A stretch of DNA of 64,000 nt, taken from Podarcis muralis. Lineage: Eukaryota. Position 1 is the first letter of the stretch; each line of letters opens with the position of its first letter. Positions 36,701-48,900 of this stretch are shown here, in pieces. The DNA lies in assembly GCF_964188315.1 (NCBI RefSeq), contig NC_135667.1, positions 22,816,001-22,880,000 on the forward strand, written 5' to 3'. The position numbers and the translations under genes are program-made. The notes under the pieces are model-generated. The model had not been told where the DNA came from. It saw only the letters and a program-made list of their open reading frames with translations, and made no database searches.

Positions 36701-37457
36701 TTTTACTTTCATTAGGGGTTGGTGAGAATAACTGCAACATGCCCTGAAAGTGCGTAGAACTGAATTGGGTACTTGGAAAAGCAACAGTCTTTCCCACTTC
36801 TTTTCAACTTTATGTACTTTTCAAGATTCAGAGCAGCTAAGCAGAAAAGAGATTGCCTTTTTTGTGCGGGGGGCAGGTCTAGGTTTGCATTCTCTGTTGG
36901 TACTTGAAATATGAATCCTGCCTAATGGGTGGGTCCTGGGTTGTTGAGAAATTCTGAGAAAAGAGTGTGCCTGCTCTTTGGGAGAAATGGCAATGTCCCT
37001 CCCTCCATTCTTGCAACAGCAGGACACTAGAGAAAGATCAAAAGAAAGAAAATCTGTTTTCTGTTTTGTCTACAGAACATTATGCAAAAGGAACTGCATT
37101 ATAGAAGTTATTTATGCATTGCTAACAACGTATTAAAAAAGCATATGCAAACTCTTTGAACGAAACAGAACTTGCATGACTTTTTCAAATAAATATGCTC
37201 TATCCAAGTATATATACCAGGGGGTATACTTACATAAGCTGATCTACAAATTTTATCTTGGGTTGTTCACTAAAATGTAATTCATCAGTTAAACATGCAA
37301 GCTGAGACATCATCCCTCCAATGATTAGGTCTCCTCTCTGAACATACTCATATGGAGCCTGGAAAGGATCAATTATGGCACATGCAGCAATGTTTTCCTT
37401 TCCTTCAGCTGAAGGCATTTGCAGCAACAGAAAGAGGAAGAGCTGTCTCAAGAACAT
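30027..37457 (-). CDS. Vomeronasal type-2 receptor V2R-C, complete, ~874 aa
   Basis: Exons 37234-37457, 36012-36303, 34097-34948, 33356-33583, 31637-31763, 30027-30928. GT-AG, sum 2625 nt, open frame. Confidence 0.92.
31891..32577. mobile_element. Tc1/mariner (Tigger-like) non-autonomous element with GC-rich internal repeats, in V2R-C intron 4
   Basis: Termini TA|CCATATTTTTCACCCTATAGGACAC and GCGTCCTATGGGACGAAAAATACGG|TA are imperfect TIRs with TA flanks. Internal 66-bp and 81-bp tandem repeats. Confidence 0.7.
33716..33750. repeat. (TC)n microsatellite
   Basis: Direct reading. Confidence 0.95.
33751..33855. mobile_element. Short palindromic MITE (hAT-like)
   Basis: CCAAATTCGGCCCTCCAGATGTTTTG...CAAAACATCTGGAGGGCCGAATTTGG near-perfect inverted arms. 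The left terminus abuts the (TC)n run. Confidence 0.65.
35197..35234. repeat. Compound (TC)n(TG)n microsatellite
   Basis: Direct reading. Confidence 0.9.
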
Positions 37458-38781
37458 TGCTTCCCTGAAGGACAACTATTGGCCTAGAATTCTCCCTTCT
37501 CTGTCATAAATCCAGTTTCACCTAACTTATAAAAAATTTCCCTCAGTGGCTCCAGATACTTTTAATGAGGAGAAACCACTATAGGCAATCTGAGGCAAAT
37601 GTTGCTGTCTGAAATACCTCATCTCAGCTCTAATCACATATAGGTATATATATTGTGTTGGTCTTCACACTGTTTTGTCATTGTCTTTCTAAACTCAGAC
37701 AAATCCATGAGGAGTTTCACAAGGTAGAAGATGAATCACAGTAATATGTGATGATTACACAGTTCAGCATTATCTCTCTAGAGTATTGCCCTGTGCAAGA
37801 AATCCACTGCGGCAAAATATATTATGCTTTGTAGATCTCTCTGGAAGTTAGTGGGATAATTTTTTATTATATTTATTATTTCAAGCAGAGGTTGGATGGC
37901 CACTGATCTGGAATGTTGTAGCATTAGGGTTACTTTATTGGCAGAGGATCAGATGACATTTGAGTTCCCTTGTATATTTCTAAGGTGATATACACTCCCT
38001 CTGTGGGGAGGTGAGATTTTTATACTCATTGTCCACATCCCCTGAAGTTAATTACCAAACCTAGGACACTCCTGCTGGTTTCTGGCTCAGCAGAGGAGGT
38101 GGGAAATGGGAGGAGGGAGGGCAGCAAGAACTCATTGAGAAGCTCTTCTCCAAGAAGAACAGCCAGAAACCAGTTCTGTGATGAGCAGGAGACATGGAAG
38201 GCCCTTGACACTACCAGGTTGAAGACATAGATTGAACTACTGGTTCATGCACAACAAGAGTCCTTGGAGGAAATGTGGGTGCCTCTTCTTCAGGTCAACA
38301 ATGAGTCTTGTCAGATTTGATGCACTAATGTGGTGCATGTGATTTGAAAACAGAGAGGCAAGCAAAGCATCTGATAAACCAGCTGCCTTCCATGATATGT
38401 GGATTCTGTTCACCAGCCTTGTTTTACACTAGAGGTGTAATAATAGGTGGTCATATTGAGGGGTCTAAGTCTCTTCAAAGAATAAATGCCAAGCAAACAA
38501 GCTAAATAAAGAATCAAGGCATGGTGGGGTGGGGTCCAAACATCATTAGCCAAGGGTGAAATATTGGTGAGCAGCCTGGAGAGACATGGGAAACCAAGCT
38601 GGTAGAACTGTGGTGTAACTGTGGTAGGAATGTAGTTTGGGGCAACTTCTTCAACAGCATTGGATTGGCTAGTCATTTTTCAGCACTATTAGGCAGAACA
38701 AACACTACACACCAATAGAACTGATGCCAAATCTCCAAAGGCAAGTTCACTCTTCTATATTTCATTTTGATGGTGAATATA

Positions 38782-39040
38782 CAGTGGTACCTCTGGATGC
38801 AAACAGGATACGTTCTGGAGCCCTGTTCACAACCTGAAGCAACGCAACCTGCGTTCGCACGTCTGTGCATGTGTGGGTCACGATTCACCACTTCTGCACA
38901 TGCGTGTGATGTCATTTTGAGCGTCTGCATATGCGCGAGTGGGGAAACCTGGAAGTAATGCGATCTGTTACTTCTGGGTCGCCACGGAGCGTAACCTGAA
39001 AACACTCAACCCGAAGCTACTTCAACCCAAGGTATGACTG
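38782..39040. mobile_element. Tc1/mariner MITE, diverged (CAGTGGTACCTC TIR family)
   Basis: TA|CAGTGGTACCTC...AAGGTATGACTG, with internal AACCTGAA motifs as in the 45289 and 60093 copies. Confidence 0.55.
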
Positions 39041-39196
39041 CACAATTATATTTTAAGTACCTGAAAAGTGGAAATCAATGCTTCTACTGTCAACCATGCA
39101 TCATCACTCAATAGTGTTTGCTGAACAGCATAAATCAGAAAAGCATCAAACATTACAACACAACAAAAATCTGGGTGGGTATTCTGGACTACCTTT

Positions 39197-39340
39197 GTGG
39201 GATAGTTCGGTTGGTAGGACATGAGACTCTTAATCTCAGTGTTGTGGGTTAAAGCCCCACTTTGGATAAAAGATTTCTGCACTGCAGAGGGTTGGACTAG
39301 TTGAATCCTCATGGTCCCTTCCAAGTCTAAAATTCTATTT
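39197..39340 (+). mobile_element. Degenerate tRNA-headed SINE with CR1-like 3' tail
   Basis: ATAGTTCGGTTGGTAGGACATGAGACTCTTAATCTCAGTGTTGTGGGTTAAAGCCCCAC (tRNA-like head) followed by GGGTTGGACTAG...GGTCCCTTCCAAGTCTAAAATTCTA. Confidence 0.55.
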
Positions 39341-39558
39341 TTCTATTAGACTGTATGTGCAAGCATAAAGTTAACAGAAGGCCAATTGTGCTTTTCTTCA
39401 ATGTGATTGATGTTACTGTCATTGGTGCCTATATGCTATGGGTACAAAAATATTGCTAGACTCGAAGTGCACATCTCTACAGCTTTGAAGGTGTCTCCTT
39501 TAGGTAACTCTGGAGAAAGACTTAACAGGCCTAAACATAGTGTGAAGGATGTAGAGTG

Positions 39559-39614
39559 TCAGGTTAAGAATGGACCTCCAGAATGAATTAAGTTCTTAAC
39601 TCGAGGTACCACTG
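39559..39614. mobile_element. Terminal fragment of the same mariner MITE family
   Basis: CAGGTTAAGAATGGACCTCCAGAATGAATTAAGTTCTTAACTCGAGGTACCACTG|TA matches the right end of the 45289 copy. Confidence 0.6.
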
Positions 39615-39951
39615 TATACTTCATCAGAAACAACAGACCCATATGTTATCTAGTTTAAAAATTCTATCTCACTAAATAGTGGAAATTTAATTGGGTATAA
39701 AATATAGTCCAAAAACAATTAGTGTGACTTTTTTCACTCAACACTGGATAAGGGTAAAGGGGGTAAATAATAGAGCACACGATTCAAAACTTTCAAAAAT
39801 ATGTACAGGGAAGGAAGAAAATTATGAATAGAACAATAACATATCTCCTGATATGTTTATCTGTGTTTCTTCAAAGAAGAAAAACAATTTTTGATTAATA
39901 AAATTAAAATATTATTAGAAATAAAGCAAAATAAAAATGAGTAGATTCTTC

Positions 39952-42900
39952 CTAATTTCTCCTAACTAATTGGTCTTTGCTGTTTAAGTCAGGCCTCAGG
40001 ATAATTATGTAGCATTTGGGGAAAAATATACATCCCAGTAACCCAGCACTGGAGGACAAGATGGAGAAGATCTCCACAGCCACCATGTATTTTCCTTTGG
40101 TGCTCAAGTAAGTTGGAACAAAGGATAACCAAACACTGCAAAACACCAACATGCTGAAAGTGATGAACTTTGCTTCATTGAAACTGTCTGGCAACTTTCT
40201 GGCCTGGAAAGCCACACTGAAGCTGACAATGGCCAAGAATCCCAGGTAACCCAAGACACAATAAAACATAGATACAGAACCTTCATTGCACTCCACTATG
40301 ATTTTTTCAGCCTGAGAGTGCATGTCAAAATCAGGATGTGGAGGATAACTAAGTAGCCATATAGCACAAATGCAGGCTTGTATAAAGGAGCAACCAATAA
40401 TAATAGCATTAGATCTCTTTTTTCCTACCCATTTCCTCATTCTGGATCCTGGTTTGGTGGCCATGAAAGCCAAAATTACAGTGATAGTTTTGGCCAATAT
40501 GCAAGAAACAGCAACTGAGAATACGATACCGAAAGCAGTTTGCCGTAAATAGCAGGTCACTGTGTTAGGGCAGCCAATGAACAGCAACGAACAGAGGAAG
40601 CAGAGTAATAGGGAGATAAGAAGAGTGTAGGTGAGTTCCCGATTGTTGGCTTTGACAATGGGGGTGTTGGAATGCTTAGTGAAGACTCCAAGGATCAAAG
40701 CTGTGATCAGAGAAAAACAGAGAGTCAAAGAAGCTAAAAGAATCCCCAGGGGTTCTGAGAAAGTGAGAAAACTTAGAAACTTTGAAAGACATTGATCATG
40801 TTCCTTGTTTGGAAATTTATCTTCTGAGCATTTGAAACAATTATCCATATCTGTAATATAAGACAGAGAAGTTGTGTCAACTGTTCCGTCATGTCTGTCT
40901 AATGAAGTGAATATATCAATATGAAATGTGTGTTACTCTCTAAGAATGGCACTTATCCTATTATTTGGTTGATGGCCAAGATTCTAAGGCATCCATGGGA
41001 AGCAGATTGCATCATCCAATCACAGGAGTGATGCTTGCAGACTTAAAAGGCTACTCTGCTCTTTCCTTCCTCAGGGTTGTTCCAGAGCAGCAGCATACTT
41101 GATCCCCTGCATTTTTATTTACAGCATTGGAGCAATCAATTAGATTCCCCCCCCCCCACACACACACCTATTAGATTTTCTTCTTCTTCGCGTTGTAGGG
41201 GAATAGGGTGGTGGTCGTGGTAATTTGGCGAATTTGTAACAATAGCTTTAGGAGGCAGCAGCTGTTTTGTGAATTGAACAGCAGCTATTCCAATGAACAC
41301 TATGAGGTGTCTCTATTGTGTAAGAGAACTTCTCCAACAATACTCTCACAGCCTACCAATAGGAGTGACTATGGGGGGAGGGAATCCTATCTGATCTCTT
41401 CAGTTGTGGACCAGCTGCAATAGGGATGAGGTTTTCTGCCCTGTATAATTATTTTTACTTTATTCTTAAAAAACAACAACTGTCAAAGCACTCCATTAGT
41501 TAACACTGCTGAAATTTTAGAATCCATTACTTTCAGAAACAGTTCTCTTTCTCTTTTTATCTCCCCTGTTTCTTCCACAATTGTTTGCTCATTAATTGAG
41601 ATATAAATATAGGTGATTATATTTATGCTGAGAAGAAAAGGAAGAAGAAATAATTTATCATGATCATGATCAATGTACAAGATATCACCTACCCGTTTGA
41701 TTTGAAATCATCCCATATGGACATGGAGTACAATCATAGCAGCAAAATGACTTCCCCTCCATCTTTTTTTTGCTGAAGCCTGGATAGCACTTATCATTAC
41801 ACACAGCAAGAGGCAGCACCTGTTTATAAAAATAAAAGAACAACAGTGTAGCTTGCCATGGGGGGTTATAACTGAATTAGATACTCAGCACTTGGACAAT
41901 GTTCTTGGAGCATGTTGACTGGATAAGTGATTCACAGGGCAACACCAGAGTACTCTGGGTCAGAGAAGACCCATTAAAGTTAATGGGCCTTACCAAGGCT
42001 TTTCTTCAGCTACAACTTGTTGGAGTTCAGTTCTGGCACCTCTCAGGTGAGCACCATTGCCATTCTAAGAGAACAAGGGAGGCTTTCACTGTGACTTGGG
42101 TCACCTCTTTATCTTGGAAAATAGCAGTGGGCCTTACTAACTTAGGTTCATTAATTTCAATGGTTCTACTCTAAGAAGGGCATATTGTGTGTGTATGTTT
42201 AGAGGGGAGGGTAAGAAACTTTTTGTTTTGATTTCAGGCAAGTTGGCAAAAGAGGGAACAATAGTCATAAAAAGGTAAATAAAAGTGGCAAAGAAGGTGA
42301 CACAAGGTGGAAAACAATTGAGAAAATCAAAAAGGAAACCTGAGAGGGAGACAAAAAAGCAATACCAGCAGTTGAAAGGAAGTAGTAGAAGGGAAAGGGA
42401 AAGAAGAAATGATACAAATATTTGAGAATGTAAATAAGAAGAGAGGAAAATGAATGGGGTGCAGCCAAGGGTGGAGAATGCATGTGATTTGAAGAGGAAA
42501 GGGAGGGGACAAGGAGCTCATTGGAACCCTGTGCTCAACAGCACCCAGACCCCCAGAGCCAGTGATGCTGGCAGAAATTGGAGTCCAACAACACCTACGG
42601 GCTCCTATTTTGGGTACCCCTACTATACAGTATTGCAACTTTATTTGTTGCTGCAACCATCATGGTAATTTCAACCATCACTGAAAAAGAAAGATACATC
42701 CTATCCATATTATACAGAATGTATTGTAATTGTACAGTATATATTTCAGTTCATATGTATTATCCTCTCAGCTACTTAAGATGGGACTGTGTGTAGGAAA
42801 ATAAAATTTATGAAGTGTACAGGGCAACTTTTGTGAGAAGAATTATGATGTTAGAGAAATGTGAGATTACAACCTCACATTTTCAGACATAGATGACCTA

Positions 42901-45900
42901 GTTTTTACATAGGCCAATTTTCTTACAATTTATAGTTGAGTCTCACCTGATTAAATGAATTGTGCCATGTGATGACATCCTTCTTAATGCTGAACTTTTG
43001 ATTTTGTAAAGCTCTTGGATTCATCCTTCCAACTTTCACTCTTAGTAAGGATTGATTCGGGAAAGTAACCCAGTTTATAATATTAAATCCAGCTTCTAAT
43101 TCACCATTCTTATCAAAAGACACAAAGTCCCCAGCACTATTATTAAATGTTATGCTTTGCAGAAAAGAGTGAAGCTGCATAGAATGTGCAAAATGAAAAA
43201 AAGACCAAAGAAAAAAAATGTTTTGCTTTAATTAGGAGGGATAAGTAAGATAGAGATAAGCTACAAAAATAGTAATATGCAGAATAAAATATTTTGAACA
43301 CATATTTATTTCCCATAACTAAACATTGCCACTGCTACCAGGGCATACAGAAAATTGTCATGCAATCACAGTTGACAATAAACATATACTCTCCTCACTT
43401 GCACAGAAACCAAAAGCATAAGAACTGTCTTACATGATCAAATTAATGACCAGCAGTCCATTTTCCTTAGGAGTTACCCACATGCCCCCTGGAAATCAAA
43501 TGGTTGGTCGCTCAGGCGCGCCACTGAGTCCAGACTGGCGTGTGAAGTAACTGTACCATGAGCCCTCCCCCTTGTTTGTTTTTGAACATACTATGTTCCT
43601 GCAGAAGAATACTGACTACAATTACTTCCTTAATGACTCGCTCAACTGGTGCATAGAAGGATGAAACAAGGATAAAATATTTATTTGTAGGCTTCTGTAG
43701 CTGGTAAGGGGAAAGCATTTGAGCATGAATTAGAGATTTGTTGGTTTGATGATTTAATGGTGCTAGTTATATATACTTGCTTCTTGTTATCCATGAACTC
43801 CATGAACTGAGTGCTATCACATCTTTGATTAGCTAAGACAGGAAGGTTAATATGGACATAAAATCTTACCTGCCAAGGTTGCAGATTTGTATTATCCCAT
43901 CTTCTTGTGCCTGCCACTGATGTGTATTTAGGCCTGGATGAGTACATCCTATGTAAAGCATCTGCAATGGCCTGGATTGTATTATAGGAGCTGTAACTTT
44001 GGCCAGTCATGCTCATTTCAAAAAGACCACCAGGAAGGTCCTCCAATTTCTCTTCACCGGTACAAATATCAATCCTTTCCTCATTCTCACTAGAATCAGA
44101 AAATAAGCAGTTGAATGCCTTTTGCCAGAATATCCTGAGGAAACCATCTCCTTTGGGAAAGTTAGGATGCAAGAGCTGCAGGAATCTCGTGAAGCCTATC
44201 ATTTCAGTTGACTGAATTGCAAATGACAAGGCACCATCAAAGTTTTGTATATTAAAATTTCTCTGTAATGTTTCTAATGTGAACTCCCATTGAGCTGTCA
44301 TAATCCATACTTTCCCAGTAAAAAACTGTGTGTTACCTTCAGTGTATGAAAATACCATATCAATCCATATCAAAGCTGTAATGGTTTGAGGTTCTGCACA
44401 TACAACCAATATATTAACTTTTGAGATGGTCGGAGAAAAGCTGTTGGCCCAGTTGAGTAATGATGAACTAAAATTGTCAACAGTTTGAGATATGGCTGGT
44501 GTTTTTTCATTGATGGCTGTGCAGATTCCATGTTGGGAAAACATTGGCAGTAAGGTCTGCATGAATTTCTCTCCATTGTCATCATCTGTTGCAACCATCC
44601 CCACCCACTTCCACTGGAAATGCAGCAGGAGATGGACAATTCCTACATACTGATGTTGTTCATTGGGAACCATCCGATAGAATGGAGTGAGCTGGGATTC
44701 AAAATTCATTTTTGGAGCTAATATGCAACTGGCAATCTGAGGGGGGAGAATATCATGTTGGGCAGAAGTTATGCCAAGCTGAAATGATTTGTCCCAAATA
44801 AATGGCAACAATGGAATTTTCTAGAGTAAATATACTTGTTTTAGGACTATTCTCATTTTGAATTCCCCCATTCGTTTTTGCTCTCTTTGTTTCTTTTCAT
44901 TGAATCCAACTTCTTTGTCGTCTTATCAGTCACAGAGTTATCCTTACGCAGAAGTGTACAATCTGCAACATGTGTGCTACATGTGCCCCCCCCCGAGACT
45001 CTGGCAAAGTTAGAGATGCAGAATTAAGTTGGTTTGGCTTGCATTTTTATGCAAAACTACCTGAGTCACATTTCACAAAATCATACATGAACTGAAAAAC
45101 AGCTATCCTTTGAAATATGTGCTTCTTTAAATTCTGCAGTGAAGTTATCAAACCAAAGAATGCATTTACAATGTGAATATTAGGAGATACTAGTGCATAA
45201 ATACACACATTAGTTGAAATAACTTACACAAATACATGGAAGTTTTTTTTAAGTATACATTAGGCAAAAATAGTCTGCAAAAATAGTACAGTGGTACCTC
45301 GGGTTACATACGCTTTAGGTTACATACGCTTCAGGTTACAGACTCCGCTAACCCAGAAATATTACCTCGGGTTAAGAACTTTGCTTCAGGATGACAATAG
45401 AAATCGTGCGGTGGCAGCACGGTGGCAGCAGGAGGCCCCATTAGCTAAAGTGGTGCTTCAGGTTAAGAACAGTTTCAGATAAGAATGGACCTCCGGGACG
45501 AATTAAGTACATAACCAGAGGTAGCACTGTATATTATCCAGAAGCACCTTTCTCAAAGATGAAATATTCAAATCACTTGTCCCCTAAAGGACTAGGGCAG
45601 ATTAAGTGATTCAGTTTTCACACACACTCTAGAAATGTAATGACTACCCTCACAGGAGATCTGCTACGGCTCTCCTTTCAAAATTTCATTGGGATTCATA
45701 CTCTAAGAAGAAGTGTCCTTGCCTGCCCCAAGTAATATCATGGATGTTGTATTTTGGTAAAGGTAAAATGGGTATTTCTTTATATTTTTCAGACACATTT
45801 TTTTCCATTTACTAATAACTTGGGAAAGTTACAAAATAATAAAGTAAGTTTAAATGACTTCCTTGTATGGCTTGCTACATTTGTCTATATCACCAATCAC

Positions 45901-48900
45901 CGTGGGAAGAAAGAAAGAAAAGGAACTGCATCACTAAAATAGTGTAAGAACCGGTCCTTAGACTTTTCAGTGCATTTCATACCCAGGGGAAAAGAAACCA
46001 GATAGAATTTTTACTGAAAGGTTCATTAAAAAAAAAAATATCAATTATTATTTTTACAGCCAATATATTTCATTTATGGTGAAATATAACACATAATCTA
46101 AGCATAAAAAGCATTATATGGTAAAAGGGACACTGAACTTAGGTGAAAATATAATGGTGAATATATGAGAATATTTGTGGAAGACAGGACACAGATTTTC
46201 TTTAAATATTTCCAAAAGGGGAAGTTGCTTATCAGTTTTTCAGAAATGCTATAAAGACATACCTCTTATATTTATATATATGAGGCAATTTTTTAAATGT
46301 GTGTGGGGTTTTTCAGGAAAATAAGAAAGCACATAAATGATATTTTATGATAAAACACCACATTGCACCCAGGCTTTTATTTTATTATCTAAAACATTTC
46401 ATAAACTCAGAGAGTTAGCATCCTATACAGCATCTAAGATAGCATATGCAAAAAATGGAGGCAAGTCAGTATACTTTCTATAAAATAATGGTATGAGAAG
46501 CTCTGGGAATTGGTTACAGTGGCAAAAATCACTCATAAAAGGACAAAAATGAAAGGCTACATTTATAATGTAATTGATACATTTTATTCAATGTGACAGG
46601 ATCAGATGCTTACAGCATTTGGACAGTGAATTTCAGAGATGTTTTTGTTTATCCTTAGATTATATTTATTCTGCTTCCAGTTTTTGTCATCTGCTTCTCC
46701 TGATATTTATGCAATTAAATGAAAATAAAATAAAATAAAAACTACTATTTTATCTGCAAATAATTAAGTCCTACTTAAGATAAAATTGAACCATCCTGAT
46801 GAAAAACATCTCTCCAGCATAATTATTGTACAGAATTAAAAAGAACAAATGTTTGGGGGGGGGGAGGTGGAGCTGTTTTAGAATGTATTTCTGACCCTTC
46901 CCCACATGCACATAATAAAAAAAGAATTAAAACTGTTTTCCCCACCTTATATGTTTTGTTAAAAAAAAGCAAGGCCCAATTCTTTGGAGTCAGTTATACT
47001 TTATGTCTCTCATGCTCACTTTCTCTTTTTTATGTAAAAAAAAAGAGCAAAAGAGAATAAAAATCCTCCTTATTTAGCAGAACAGTAATTACTGTATTGG
47101 AGCTGGAAAAAGATGCATGGCCCATACATTCACTCTACCTGTGGAATCTTGTAGGTGCCTAAGAGAGTAGCCATGTTAATGGAGATGTCAGAATCAAATC
47201 CTCCAACAACAGCTATCAGTTTCTTTTTCTTGTTGCATTTGAAGTTGGGGACAATTCTTTTGGTGACGGAGAGAAGTTTCAGAGTATTCTGATAAGTCAT
47301 CCTTGCATTTAAGAAGCTATCATAGATGTGGAACCCAAAGCTCATATTCGGTAGGATCTTAGGATTCTCATTGATTTCCTTCACTGCAAATACGAAGGAC
47401 AAAACTTGTTGGTAGTTCTTCGGCATTGCACTAAAGAAGAGGCACATCATTTTTCAGATTCGAGAAAACAAACAAAAAAAAACCCTCAGATCATTTTTTG
47501 TATTACCATGCCTGCACATAGTTTTGAATTGTTTATATTTTCAAATTAATGAAAAACATGGCAGACAATAAAAATCCTTTGTGTAAGGACTATGGTGTAG
47601 CAACACCAGATACACTACTGATGCAATAGATATGTCTTTCGCATCAGTAACATGCCACCAGCACACATGCTGCACCAGTGAAAGTGCTGGTACAGAGACC
47701 AAAATGGGATGAAATGGACCCCTATGATCCATCAGACAATACTTCCATTAACAACATACTTTTACACCAGCCATTGAATTTCTCAAGATTGAAACAAACT
47801 TTTCAAAAATGATCTGTTCAGTTTCTCCCTCCCTCCCTCCCTCCCTCTCTCTCTCTCTCTGTGGAACCATACTTCTAAAAGTGTTTGCTGGAAGGAAAAC
47901 CCATCTTGCATTGGGCTACAAATGGTAACTAGATCATAGATGAGCTGGACTGTTGATTCACACAATTAGAGTGTGAGTGATTTTCAGAGTGAGTATGTGA
48001 ACACCTTCATACCTTTTATGTTGTGAGAGTATACTATGGAGTCAAGTCTGAGAACTCCTCCATGTGCCCCACTTCGTTAGACCATCTCCTTCAGCCCTTG
48101 GACTCTTTACATCTAAGGTGACTAGGTCTTTATACTGGGGATCAATAAATGCCCCATGGTTACTGTTTCCTGTATGCTCCTGTGGCTACCTAACCTCAAG
48201 CGCCGTGCACCAAGTCACTGGTGGCAGCTGTTTTCATGGTGTGACTGCAGCTCTCGTTGTTGTATGCCTTGGCCCCTATCTTATACTGCTTGGCAAGAGA
48301 GCCTGCCCCTCACTTGATGAGTTTTGAACCCTTACCCTGAAGATGTCTGTGTGTCCTCACTGCAGGTCACTTACTAAGAGAATAATACACCTTCTGTGCT
48401 GTTTGGTTTCTTCTTCCTTCCTTTTGTATGCTATATTTCAACACAGAGCGTTGAAAGAAATTCACAAGCATTTGCAAATTTCTAGCTTGAGGGAATGAGC
48501 AGATTTGTTGATGCCTGTACTTCTAGAGCTCCCAGCATGGTGTATTATGGTGTCATTGTATATATTCTGATGCAGGAAGATATTTGTTGGTGGTTGGGTG
48601 GATTGGGTTTATTAGTTTGCTCAAGGTCCATGTGTTATGTGGCCATCACTGTTGCCATGGCTCCAGACTGGTGGTCTTTGGTGATGTTCCCATGAATATT
48701 GCGTCTGCTATTTTGTGACTTTATGACCTGTGCTTTGCCATCTGTGTCTGAGCTGAGTGCATATAGAGTTCAGCAGTTCCTATACTAGTGAACATCTTAC
48801 TGCCCTATAATCATGGATGTTTATGATTGCTTAACCTCAACCTATAGGAATATATATATATATATATATATATATATGCTTTCGTAGATTTTCACGGGTA

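Noticed and set aside
48480-48800. Possible degraded R4/Dong-like LINE 3' coding fragment on the minus strand (IHGNI, HNTP-like words)
   Set aside because: Too degenerate to call by eye.
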